Below, piece after piece: positions 24,806 to 38,800 of a stretch of 64,000 nt of DNA; positions within the stretch are counted from its first letter, which is position 1; each line of letters opens with the position of its first letter. The stretch comes from Styela clava (Eukaryota). The notes beneath the pieces were generated by a model. It did no database searches. It was not told where the DNA came from and was given only the letters and a program-made list of their open reading frames with translations. The stretch is taken from positions 14,570,001 to 14,634,000 of the forward strand of contig NC_135262.1 of assembly GCF_964204865.1 (NCBI RefSeq), read 5' to 3'. Position numbers and translations under genes: made by a program.

Positions 24806-25254
24806 CGGTATTTTAATTGCGCAAAGAACAAAAAAATTCACTACTAAGATTCACAGTTAATGTTTATAAACAATGTATAAATAAGCTACTTGTTGGCCGG
24901 TTGACTAAATCTTTTGAAGAATATTATTGGGTTTTAGCTAAGTTACAGAATAGTTCAATCTATAGACCCTTTTTTGGCCTTGCAGGTGATAAATCAGGGG
25001 TTCAACACCAGTGGGTCCATCGCATGACCATTGTTGAATTATTATATTTTTGTTTATCTTTTATTGTAGAAAACTATCTAGTACAGGGGTGTTCAACCTT
25101 TTTTACAGGCGGGCCAAATACACGTAACTGGATTAAGCCGCGGGCCGAACGTAGAAACTCTACCTACGAAAGTCTCTGAATACGAAAAATTTGTAGTTTT
25201 TGTTCGATATTTTTCTGTTCTTTCTTCTTACCATGTGTACCTGAAAGAATTTTC

Positions 25255-25582
25255 TGTTACTGGGGCCAATAGTTAGTTTTTGTGTTGTGTGTACCCCCTT
25301 TCAAAGGTAGCTCCTGTGTATTACCGCTAGTGGGCAGTGGTTCACTGATGTGTATTCTTAGTTACAGTAAGGCCTCTTCGGCAAGAACCTGAAACTGGGA
25401 GCGCACATAGTAAGTTTGCTCATCTACTTTATCTGTTTATAGTAGCACTATTGGTTGGATAGACACAATTGTCATTTACCGCAATCAATTCCTGTATAGT
25501 TGCTTTATTGGATTACATTTAATAACTGGATATTCTGTTTAACTGTGGATTTACTTGGATTAAAATATCATTTCAAACAACA
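25255..25582. mobile_element. Possible solo LTR
   Basis: TGTT...AACA ends, ~330 bp, ATTAAA near the end; flanking 5-mers match only 3/5 (ttttc/atatc). Confidence 0.3.
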
Positions 25583-27417
25583 ATATCAGAGCTGCATATT
25601 TCCAGTGTACCGGTATCATAGACAGCAAGACAGGTTTTGGGAGCGCGTATAAATGCATTGCAGTCATAGACTATTTGCGGGGCTATTGAACTAAGTTAGA
25701 CTTTGGCTACCGTAACATTTTCTACTTGCGAAAAGGTTTCCATAATTTTTTTCGATTTTTACCTGAAAATGCATTAATCAGTTCCAAGCCCCCACGAAAC
25801 TCGGAGATAATATTTGACTGGGCTAAGCAAAGACTGTGGAGAGTAGGAGGATTGCGGTCGGAGGAGATTAGAGGAGGCGTTAAAAGTTGAAATCTAAGAA
25901 AGAACGTCATGTACGAAAATGAGCACTCGTACATGAAATTCAAAATTATAATTCAATCTTTTTATTTGGCAGTTTCATTTATTTATTTTTTAGTTTTAAC
26001 TGTTACGCGTATTATCGTCTTCTCAACTTAAACTGCAAGTGCAGTTTTAAGTATTTTGTGGCGTCTAGAGCTGCTGCAAAACCATGGCGGGATTTCCATG
26101 CCATGGCCGCTATGACCAAACCCACGGCGACTGAATTTTTAGCTGCCACAAACCAGTAGCGAGCTGCCGTGGTTACGGCAGCAAATCGAATACCACCAAT
26201 TTTGCTGCCGTAACCACGGCATGTCGGCTGTAATAGCAGGGCTGCACCTGATGGGGATAAATATTGGGTTGGAACGCTTTTCTTATCAATACAGTTTTAA
26301 TGTATTTGGGGTTGGGTTTAGATTTAAGTAGATATAATTCCGCATAATAAACTAAAATATTGTACATGAATTTGTAAATATACCGGTAATAGCGCAATAA
26401 AACCATGGCAAGAGACGCCGCGGTTGGTTCGTGGCAGGAGCAGCCATGAAGTGGTAAGAACTGCGCCTCTGAAACTGAGTGCCTACGTACCCGCGGGAAA
26501 CGAACGGGCCATTGGGATGGCAGATAGTTGATTGGCGTGTGGCAGGGCAGGTACCACGGAATTTTTATATTGGTTACGACGCCATTCGTTGATTCAGAAA
26601 AACGCAAATTTAATTACGCGGTCATCGTCAGTATCAAACGAGTGAACCTGATTCCCAAATTCCCATCTGCCAATAAAAGAGAATTAATACCGGAAATCTT
26701 CTTTTATTTTGCGAGTCGGCGCTGATTTGAATATTTCATGTCGATTATTATGATTCTATTTCTGATTATAAATTAATACAGCCAACTTCAACTCAACCGT
26801 ATTGTCATCAATGACGCCATGATAGATACTAAATAATATTTGAGAGATATTTTATACGCTCTAAGAAAGATTGCAAGAAATGACGAAATTGCCCTTTTGT
26901 TCGACGATTAATTACATCATAATTTGCTTTTAGATTTATTGCCAAGGCCGCACAAACTATCTCGACAAAGTTGAAATATACGATAATAATTGTAAAATAT
27001 TTTCAAGCAAAAACATCCTCGACGTGTAATAAGCACTTCAAGTCAGCGCTAATTCAAATCCTTTCATGTCGACTGTAATTTACTGCCGTGCCACATACGA
27101 TTGTCTTCGATTACAATAAAAAATGAAATAATTGTAAAATGTTTTAAATTGAAACGTTGACGGCGGCGCTAAGATTTGTGCGCCATATTCGTTATTATTA
27201 TAAACACGAAAAACAATATTCGAAAGTCGTGATATTCGAATTGGACATCCCTGCTTCAAGCACTGCATTAAAATTATCAAAACACGCGTCTTTTATTTTC
27301 GGTTTTCGGCCTTTCGTATGTAGAAAATCTTACGCTAGTCGAAGCAATATTTTTACCAAGAAATTTTCGTAAGTTGGATTTTTCGTATCCAGAGCCTTTG
27401 TTAGGTAGAGTTTCCAC

Positions 27418-29559
27418 CAGGGATGGCCATTTCCGAATACTAAACTATTCCGAATACATTCTAAAATAATGTTTTCGAATCTGGAATTCCGAATACATTC
27501 TAAAATCGAAAATAACACATTTTTGTTTTAGTTCATTAAAACCCAGTAAATTAGGAAATAAGCTTCAATAGAAATATCAGAATAAAGCCACAAACCAACA
27601 GTATATGTACACAAACTAATTGATAGTTTATAACTATCAATAAAAAATAATGGCAACTTGTGACACAGTCAGTTTATTAAAATTATTCACTTTGTACAAA
27701 TGACCATATGAAAAGATAGCCAAGGAGTTGTAGTCAAGTCTATTGCCAAAAATACTAATTGTATTCAGATAATTGTGTATATTTTCTGAGAGTAATAAAA
27801 TTTATTGGCAATACAGGCAACTGAAGCAAGCAACAGCAATCGAAAATCCATTATGCCTTTACAAATTCTAATATTTAAGCCTAGAGTATTCTACTACCTT
27901 CCAGTATATTTATATATTAATTTATGTGAACCATATTGTTATTATGTATAGCATATTGTTGTGTCTGAAATTATAAATGAGTTAGTAAAGGATAGATGAC
28001 CACCACTGCCAGGCGCGCAGCCGGGATTTTCGAAATCGGAAATTCTCATTGCCGCCTGTAACAGCCATCGCGATTCCGCGCTCGTTAAAAGAGTCGTTAT
28101 TTCAGCGTATAATGATCATCCTGTTACGTAAAATATTCAGTCCATGGCAACGACGAGATTCCAAAATATCTTAGTATATTAATTTAATGTGTACAACGTA
28201 ACTCGCGGTTGCTTCTTCTTACGTCGAAAAAAAACATTACTATTCGGTCCACGGCGATCTGTGACCTAAAAGTATGAGATAAACTGCCTGATGTATTTAA
28301 TTTTGATACGTATTTTTGCAATCTTGACAACTCGTTATCGCCGTTAAAAAAATATCAAATAATGACATAAAAATCCTGTTAAGTGTAGAGTATAATTCAT
28401 TTCATACAAGTTTAGCAGTAAATTGAAAATACATATTCATCGCCGCGATTATGCCACCTGTTAAAAGAGTCGACTTTTACAACAAATAATATAACAACGA
28501 ATATATATTTTTCTGTTGTGCAAAGTGATGAATTCGTGACCGATACGGGCATATTTGAAATGTCTTGCTTTATTATTAATTTAATTGTCTTCAATTTAAC
28601 CTGTGGTTGCGTCGACAAAATAAAATCCTTACCACTTATATACCCTTGCAATCCGCCGTCATAAATATAAAAACGTGTGGTAAACTACCCGATTAAATTA
28701 TGTTTTGATCCGTATTTTGCGAATTCGGCAAATATTTAGATGTACTTGTTAACAGTGACTCCGATCAATCGAAATGCTGCCACTCTGTGATGATTTTTAG
28801 ATAAAACCGTTCGACAAATCCATAAATCTGATGTAAAATCTCGGGGTAAAATTTATTCGATCACAATAAAATTGATTGAATATACTTTAGATTAATTATA
28901 TTATATACATCCTCACAACCCGGGAAAAAGTCGCGTTTCAAACCTTGTATAATGTTAACACAATAATATTCGGCAATTTAACTTAATGGATAATCAGGCA
29001 AATCCCGCCCTCAATTTGTGACTATATGTTTTGCCGACCAAACATAATGTGTGCCAGAGGCACACGCAATTTTGCGATTTTCACTGCCTGGAAAAGCGTT
29101 TTTTAAATTTTCGCGGGCCTCAATAAAACTTATATTGTTTACAGTTTTATTTTCAGTATTTTAAATTGCCGCTTTTCAATCAAAAAGTTGCGTTGTCTTT
29201 AAAAACTCGCCGCCGATGAACGTATTTACCAAATTCACAATTCCGTGCGCGTACAAAAATAAAATAAATGTTATCGTTATCGTGGAACAAATTTGTGGAA
29301 AATTTTCGTTTTAGAGTAAATAACACAAACGTAAAGGCGTTTACGGCCTAAATAACACGTTACGCCTATGAGTGATGAAAACAATCACGCGCAAGTTTCT
29401 ATCGAGAATGTTTTCATTCAACGGAAACGCCTTGAAAGCGGCGTCCAAAAAGTGTGACGTCACACAAATATCCGATATTCTTATGAACGCTAATTCCGAT
29501 ATTCGAATTATGAGATATTCGAATACATTCGAATACTTTATTCGAATTGGCCATCCCTG
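27418..29559. mobile_element. Non-autonomous TIR element with CGAATA subterminal arrays
   Basis: TIR cagggatggcca / tggccatccctg; many ccgaata/tcgaata repeats at both ends; flanks GAGTTTCCAC/GACTTTCCAC. A related lone end lies at ~27215-27252. Confidence 0.82.
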
Positions 29560-29744
29560 GACTTTCCACTGTACTTTATTCGTCTTTAATACAACTGAAT
29601 ACTCCAACTCCAATTCCAAATACTTCAAGCCCATTCCAGCGATAACTAAATAATATCATTAGCTATTAATTATTTGCGATGAAAAACACCTTCTTGAAGC
29701 TGTTATACGAGAAACCTCATATGGGCATTCAATCGGGAACCGCT

Positions 29745-30440
29745 AGTATATAAATATACAGCAATTCAAGTAATTTATTTACAAAAGTCATTGTCATGTG
29801 CATATAGAGCCAACTCAATATACATGCATATATAGCCATTAAATTGATGCACATACAAAAACCAATATCATATGCATATATAGAAAACTGAAAATACATA
29901 TACAAACATTAAATTGATATACAAACAAGAGTCAATGCCACGACCACGAGCATAATATTGACAACCCAATGCAGTATAAATATCGTTGCAGGAAAACCAA
30001 ATTGTGTCATGTCACATTTTATAGTTTTGAGAAATCACATCTCCGTAGTTTTCAAATATGTAGCCCATTGTAAAATCTAAAATATACATAAGACACTGCT
30101 TAAAATCGAAACTAAAAATACAGGTTTGAAATCCAGACCAAGAGATGACCCCTGGTCCATGATGACAGAAGGTCGAATTGATTGACTATATATGCATATT
30201 ATGCGTATGCATATTATGCGTATGCATATTACTTTGAGACGGCTTATTGTATCGAAATGACTGTATATGCATAGGACACTGACTGTGTATGTACATTACT
30301 TGAATGGCTGCTTATTATATTGAATGGGACTCTCGCAGTATATGTTTATGACATTGGCTGTGTATTAGATACATATTTTGTTGGCTCTATAAGTATATCA
30401 GTTGGATGTATATGCATATTTTTGGCTGATTTATATATCA
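29745..30440. repeat. Degenerate foldback-like element with inverted arrays of ATGCATAT-rich units
   Basis: Left block (atgcatatatagcc..) is roughly mirrored by the right block (ggctctata / tatatgcatat). Confidence 0.45.
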
Positions 30441-32743
30441 TGTTATAAACCCCACTGCATCGTACCGCACAATGGGGAATGGTGACGTTGAAAAATCGAG
30501 CAAATGATCTTAATTTTGAGAAATTAGCTCCAGATGTTCTCTATATGGGTTTGTAGAATCGTAAAACGCCAGCAAATATGTCAGTACATAACGGGAGAAC
30601 ATAATATCTGCCAGCAGACCTAAGTCGAGACTCTTCGGACAAATTTGTCAAGCGAAAGCTGAAACTGAATTGACACAAAAATGCGAAAAAACAGTTGCTC
30701 ACAAAACACCGCAAGATCATCAATATAAAGTAGCAATCAACGCCATGTTTTGTTTCCAGCAGTTATCTTCCCAAATTAGCAAAAATTGTTTCGCATCGTT
30801 ATGGCAAAGCTGTTCAGAGATCTATTCAATCTGCTATATTGCTTTGATGTGGTTATAGTTTGGAATTCGATGGTATACCTGATTATATATGAATATTGGC
30901 AACACAAATATTGTGTGTTATTATGACCTCTATAGAGGCGTCCAGAATGTTCGTACAAAGATGAGGACTCGGAGAGTAAGTCCAGCCCCTACATTTGGTC
31001 ACCGCCGTAGAGAGTGATTCACCCATGTATCTTTATCACAGTCAATCACCTTGTGGTAGTACATAGGTCATTCACAGTTTCATCATAATTAATTAGATAA
31101 ATTTGTAGTTGATAATTTAATCCCAGTTCTAATTAGTCCAAACCGCTGTAAAGTACTCAGAGGTTTTACTTGTTCTTCTTACCATATCCCCGGGTATATA
31201 TTTCTATAAAGCACCAAGATTTGAAAGTCATCTGTACAATTATAAACCCTTTTTAAACAGTTCTATGTAACTTTGTTCTATTTAAATCTTTCCTCTACTT
31301 TCTTAATTCCAATATTTCATTTTGCTTCCTCCTCAGCTTATTTTTTTGCTTCGATCGCATATAATGATCTAAAAAACATTCATGTCAAAGTTACTTTCTT
31401 AAAATAGATTATCAAAGGAAAAGTGGATAAAGATCAGCGAGGGATATATCATATATGGATGGCGAATCCCTTTTCAAATCGTATTTCCAAAGTTGCAGTC
31501 GCGTTATAATGTCTCTGAATCGGAGTTGGAACTGAATAAGACACAATAAGAAGCGCGTGGCAAATTCACCATGTTTTTATGTCCCAGGTACATAGTCTTA
31601 ATCTGGCAAATCGTTGCCTATTTAATATAATAAGCAGGTGCTTTCTTTAACAAATTATCACCTCCCCTCGGCAAACACATCCTTTATATGTTTTTGTATA
31701 ATCTATATAACGATTACACGTTCTACACATGGCTTGCCATTTAAAACGTTTTTTATATACAAATGAACTACGTTTCATGCTTGATGAGATATGAGAAGAA
31801 CGCTTCTATTGTTGGATTTTAAAGCCTTTTACACGCCGCTAGGGGGCTACGGAGATAATCTCTGCAAACCGCCAATCTTCAGCGAAAAAGGGAGATTATA
31901 TTTTCCGAGTTCGCATTAACGAAAGAAACGCTGTATGTACTAGTTATACTCAGTGGGCGAGACCACGTTCGTTAGGCATGGAATTTACATATACTTGTAC
32001 CTTTTAGACAGTTTTGGTTATTATTATTATTATTATGGTACCATATTATTTAATTTATAGAATAATAAGTTTAAGAAAAATTCTACACCTTTTTGTCGCG
32101 TGTTATTTTGAATTTTACACACAGGGCAGAAAGATGACAGAAACATGATTGTTGGTCAGTACTTATTATCAAAACACTTACAGGTCATCGAATTTTAGCG
32201 AATTAGCTAATTGTATGACCAGTATCGAGTACATGTATACGCGTACCGCCGATACTACTATAATTAATGAGAAGTGAAGAGAGGCGAGATAAATATGATA
32301 TTGCACTTCAAAATATCAATAGTAGATTTAAATAACAGACAAGTAGGTATTACAATTACAGAATTAGTGAAGTATATAGGTTTGCACATATTGTTTTTAT
32401 GTGGTATTATATTGTAGTATAGCTAACCTAAACACAGATGAGTGTTTCAAAAAAGGAAGAAAATATTAAATATATATACCAAAAAGTATGATTGCACTTG
32501 ATCATATTGCAGTATTGTAAAGAATTAATATCTATAAATTCGTATTATCAAGAATATCGTTATCAATAGTCTGATAGTGGATTATCATCGCAATACAAGA
32601 TATGAGTTGAATACATTATTATTTTATATTTAGCTTCACTTAGCGACAATATACGTTCGATTAGTGTTTGCTGTACTTGTTTAGCTTGCATAAAAGTTTA
32701 TCAAATTTAGTTGGGAATAAGAAATTATTGATATAGAAGAGTC

Positions 32744-32847
32744 ATGAACATGGAAGCCTACAAAGTTATGTTGATATTGCTTGCTTTAGTACAACTATCT
32801 TCTGCAGCTCGTCATGTTGTATACTGGGACAGAGTACAAATTCCATC
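32744..32847 (+). CDS. Efna: Ephrin-A exon 1 (signal peptide and start of the ephrin domain), absent from the ORF track
   Basis: MNMEAYKVMLILLALVQLSSAARHVVYWDRVQIPS, donor TC|gtgagt, phase 2 matching acceptor tcctag|A at 48967. Confidence 0.88.
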
Positions 32848-35800
32848 GTGAGTAAATTTGAATTATTTTATACTAGGTGAATTAAAACACGGAGTATATT
32901 GTATTTCGGATCGGTTATATTTCTGAGCTAATGTCAAACCTACACGTTCATGTTTTCACGTTACTTGAAATTTGACTTTGGTGTTATGAACATCATAATA
33001 ACATTTTAATTAAGCGTATAGTGAACCATTATTACCGTCGGAAACAAGACCTCAATAATAATTAACGTAATTCTCATGCTTTGTCTTGAATTGTTTTGGA
33101 AAATTCCTTTGTTATTAATCCTATGTTTTTTTATTCTTTACTTCCTGAACACAGCCTAGTAATTTAAAATTGTAAATTATTTCGTCTGTTTTAGTATTGC
33201 GCCAAGTTTATCTACCAATCATAGATCATTATTTTTGCGGCGAAAATCATCTTCGATTGCCGCGTTTTGCAACAGGTACGACCGGTCTCGTGGTCGTCTA
33301 ATTTCCTTGAATTATGGCGAATTAGGCACATGTACCTAACATTCATTTAAATTTAGAAGGTAAAGTGAAAGCAACTTATAGGATTAAAAATCGAGGCGAA
33401 ATTTAACTGCGATTTAGTTTTGATATAAAATAAGTAACTTTGTACCTAGTAGTTTATTATTATATTAGTCATGACTATAAATTGACAATTAAAAATGAAA
33501 CAGGTCATAAATATATCCATAAAAAAAAATGAGTCATAGACCACATGGATGAGTATTACAATTGCAACATAGAATTGTAACATCGCCTGAAGGAGTTTTT
33601 TTTTATAATTTAAACTAGCCTACGTTTGTGCACGTGATTCGTACAAAGCGCGAAGTCTTCATTTTGCCCTTTTTGGTCGGCTACAATAAAATCAGCAATA
33701 AAACTCGTAAAAAGACGCTACCATGATTGATTTGCCGATTAGTAATAGTTTTACAGGTTTTACTTTTTACACTTCTAACTTCAAGGGAATATTTGATAGA
33801 ATCATATATGGGGAGTGATGCTTATCCTTATATCACACTTGATCAAGCACTGAACTTGGACATACAGTTTAAACAATAGTATTAAATTCGGCCTACCACT
33901 TTCCTTTATTGCTTTTAAAGGGGAAATTACGGATCCGTACTAAATCATTTATGTAATCCTGGTGTGGCGCCAGTATAACTTGATTTTGGACAATTCAACA
34001 ATAAGTATTGTCTTTTAAGTAAATAGAGAAGTTCATTTGCACTATTTGCAAGATGGAACAACTCTTGGTATATATTGTAAATCAGCAATGCGTTTCAACG
34101 TTTGATGTATCGTGATGCTTTTATGGCTTGAACAATTGTGTATTGTACTTCAGTGCATGAGGGTTAATCAAACTTTTATTTATGTTTTGAGTTAGGAACT
34201 TTTTTCTTCGTAGTTGCTAATGTAAATCGGGAAGGCAGCCTTACTCAACGCTGACACAATCTCTTGTACGTATATATAGATTGTGATAAATCTCATAAAG
34301 TGCACATGGTAATAATATGTCCATCTATAATCAGGAAAATTGAAATTGAAAATCCTCTTTCACACTTATTACTCCAATCATTTCAATATTGGAACTATTA
34401 TTTATTCATTATTCGATTTCCTACTGTGTCACGTCACAGATACTCATAATTACATGGTCATTATTACCACACAATTGATAACAATGTGTCGAACGTCGCT
34501 AATTTACTGTTGCTTAAGAATGACTCTGGTATTGCTTATACATACGATATATCGTGCTGAAAAGGTGCTGAACACTTGTGCCAGCCACAGAGTTGGTGAT
34601 TTATTAAACTCGTTTAAAAGTTTTTCAATAATTCTCACAATAAGTCTGGTAATTAAATTATATCAATTATATGTTCCTTCACTGAATATTATCCATTGTT
34701 GTCTCGGTTATAGGTCATAATTGCGTGGCCACCAAATTATAATAAATTGTTTTAGGATTTTAAACTTTTCAATATTTTCAGACAATTTGATCAATTTTTC
34801 TTCATTTATAAAATAGTGTCAGTCGACATTATATATATAAATAACCCGGCATTTTAGAATTTGTATTCAATATTCCAGATAAATAATATGATAATTGATT
34901 TGATAGGCTCGTGATTATTATAAAGATACTCATATATGATTCAAAAATAAAGCATTTGTTGGAATTCTCACCAATTTTGTAATTCAAATATTAAATAATT
35001 TTAGTCATGTGCTAATTAAAAAGAATTTTTAGACAAACGGCAAAACAACAAAACTGGAAATTTAGACGATTTAAATTTATGATTTTTACTGAAACCGGTA
35101 TTCAATCAATTTTGCTAAAAAAAACTAATGACAATTACAGTTTTAAAAAATGAATTGAAATGAAATTTACGTTTGAAAAAAATTAAATCTGAAAATTTCG
35201 AAACTGTCATCGTTTTAATGGCTATCAACCCTTGTTGACGATTCTCAAGATGATTGTAAACAATATAAGTGGGTGGAGTTTGGATAATGGGAATCGGTTG
35301 ATTGATGTGATTGACAACGCCTATAAAAATATTTGTATTTCATCACTTTGTTTCCGGGATCAGATAAGACTATAGGAAGTGTATTGCTATTTCTTTAAGT
35401 GGTTCAAATTTTTTCAAAGAAAGATACTTATAACTAATTGTCAGGAAGAAAGCAGTTCTAAGAGTTTGTTACTTGCAAATTCAAAACTCAAGGAGAAACT
35501 CTTGAATGATTGTTAGGACTATGGTATATCATTCAACCCAGAGAATCATTTTTAGCGTCAAGAAGATTAAACTAAAAGTGACATGTTGTACTATTTTTTT
35601 GAGGTTAAATTTTTACATCGACATACTCAATTCCAAAAATGTTCCCAGAGGTATATGCAAACATTGACAAGTAATTCAATTCATTCTGATTTGTATAACA
35701 AAACCGTCTCCCTGAAAAACAGAATGAATTTAAAGAAAAAACTGATCATGTGGGATTTAGTATACATCAGAATGATAATGTCTAGTATAAATAATGATCT

Positions 35801-38800
35801 TTTTTGGCCCAAGCGTGGTAAATAATCTTTAACTTGACCAGCGTGTTATCGAAAAGTATTAATTCTAGGTACACTTCTCTAGATACTCTAAAACGCTAGA
35901 AAACTTTATTCCATTTATTGATACAAGATTACACATTTCGTTTAATAACATAAAATCTCACAATTACATTTCGATAACTATGAACGAAATAATCCCTTTA
36001 GTTACAATCATTAAATAGGTTTAATGATGTCCGACAGTGTGGGAAAATATTCTAAATGATCTATAATGCTAAAATAAAATTAATTAGTTACATTTAAGAC
36101 GTTTAACTCAAATTTAGTATGGATGTGACGTATTTAGAGGTCAGTATACATTATTATTGGGGTAATTTCATTATTTGACTTAATTATTCAATATAGATTA
36201 ATGTTGGCTAAATTTAAATTTTTATATTTTATTGACAATTTACGAGATATAATTGCAGTATACGTAATTTCACTATTTAGCGAGGTATCGTTTTAAACTT
36301 TTTCTTACAGTTTTTATACTTATCCAGTACCCACGACTTCCTAATTTGTTATCCATACCACACAGTTGTGATTCGTCGATGCCAAAATCACTGCTTAAGC
36401 TTGTTTGGATCAAAATCAAAAATTCTCAAGTACAAACGAGGTTTAAATATTTTGTAATGACTCGACTTCCCATATGTAATCCGATCAGATTTCGGAGCTT
36501 GCTTTAAACTAAGATTAGATTTCGCAAATAACATGGGCTTACTCAGGAGCTTAAACTAATTTATGACCCCACTTGTCAGAAAATCGTGTAAAAACTACCA
36601 GAAATTCCGAGTAATAAAAATCTTAGTCAATACCGGGCAAATATAGCACGCTTTTAAATTATATTTTATTTGTGTGTTAGAACGACAGACAACTTAAAGT
36701 GCATTAAGATCCTTAATCCTCATTTTTAGTGGAAATATAGAAAATGCGTAAATTTTCCAGATCTTCCCTGGGGGCGAATTCCATGCGATGTAAAATCTGA
36801 TTAGAAGCGGATTGGGATGCAGTAAATAAATAAGGGAATTCATTGTGACGCCACCATAAAAACAGTATATAATAATCCAATTTCAAGCTTGATTTAGGTA
36901 TATTAGTACTACGTTTCAACCTCGATACGATCTTGATTGACTGTAAACACAGCATTAAATCCATTTGTGCATTGTTGAGAAACAATGTTTCTGTGTTTGT
37001 AATCTATTAATCTGAAGATTTACTCGGAACCTTGCAAGTTTGGTCTTTTTAAAGATTTAGGATGCAAGGAATCTAGTGGGCGTTTTCCGAAACAGTGATG
37101 TTGTTTAAAAAAGGATAATTCATACGGCAAAGAAATGAAATATTCTAGTAAATTGCAATTGGACTTTATTACCGACCATGTAAATTATGCCGTATGACGT
37201 CATATTATCGATATGACGTCACTGCATTATTAGAGAACTGAATACAAGAAAGTGAAATATGTGAAACATCATTTAGGCCTATCACAAACAAGAACAAAAC
37301 GAGATACATTTCCTCTTCCATAAAACTCCCACGTTTTAATATTACTTATGTACGTGGCTTCGCCCAAGGTTAAAAGCTAAGACATTTAATACGATGTATT
37401 AGCTATTTAATCAGGTAGTTTGGTACTAAGATTAGTAGATGCATCAATGGTATTAATTTCAAGAGCATTTCTCCTTGAGGATAAATATGATTTTCTACTG
37501 TATGGAGGATTTTTAAGGCGCCGTAATTCAATATTGACTGCCAAATTGAAGTCCTCTTAAGTGCTTGGTAACGTCGTGCGTTGTCGAAATAAATACCGTT
37601 TAAGCACAAAAACGGACATTCATTGTTTTGGTTATTAATCAAATTGAAAGCACTAGCTGCTCGCAAAAATCCTAGCAGAGAAAGTCAAAATAAAAAATGC
37701 AAAAACTCTTTTTTGAACATATTTTTGAGGAGTTGAAATAAAAATTCAATCTTGCGGCTTTCGCGTGATATATTTGTTCTATTTTGACACCACAAGCACG
37801 TAACTGGTTAACTCTCACCTTTTATTTACTTTATCGTGAGATTGGGATCGGATTTCGAATGTTGTTTATCTTTGCTTATTATTGTTAAATATCCTTTGTA
37901 TATAAACAATGCCAATGCTTCGATGAAGATTTTAGAAACGATCGACACTTTCTATACGCGAGCGTGTGAACTGGTTTATTTTCGAAAAATTTGTAAATTC
38001 AACCTGTGATTTAAATGTACGTTGTTTCTGTACTACGTACTATTAAAAAATTTGAAAAGGTCTATTCATTATGAGATAGGAATCTGCTTCATAGTCTCTG
38101 AAACCAAGTTAAATATCTGGGCACTTTTGATAGTGCTGTATTTCCTCGGAATAGAGCCAAAGTAGTGGAAGGGGGAAACGACTTTGATGATGTCATCTGC
38201 GAAGACAATTTAAAAACATCCTAGCTCTAGAAATAAAACACCTCCTAAGTCTCAATTCGTTAATTTCCATATATGTAGATGAACTGCGGGAATATTTTAA
38301 TCGTTTGTGCAATCCAAATTACATGCTCGATTTTTAAAAATGACCTGTAATGTATATCAACAAATAGACACCCCCCTCTTTTTTTAGGTTTACCGCAGTC
38401 GTAGGCGCCGTTTCGTAAAACTTTGTGCTGTTGCATAAACTTTGCTTATTAGATGTGAATAGCCTACTAATTGTCTTGAATTTTATCACAGCTGCATCAC
38501 GCATCAGTCGTGTGAATCTTAATGAGACAGTCCCAATGGAAAATCGCACCAAACCTCCGTTTATTGATACCTTGGGAATTGATAGTACCAAAACAAAACA
38601 ATTCTATATATTTATTCCATTAAAAAATTAGTAGCTATCCTGTATATCATCATCAGCCACGATGCCTAAATACGTTTACTTTGTTTAAGTTGGTCACATT
38701 CTTACTGGAAAAATTGTTCAATGGAGTCCCATTAGATCCTCAAAATCTCTGGAGATTTGAGAATATTCCAGAGAGATTCAGGAGTCGTATAGAGATTTTA

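Noticed and set aside
25084-27252. Single large element bounded by caggggtgttcaa / ttggacatccctg
   Set aside because: No TSD (atctagta versus cttcaagc) and different subterminal motifs; more likely a mosaic of fragments.
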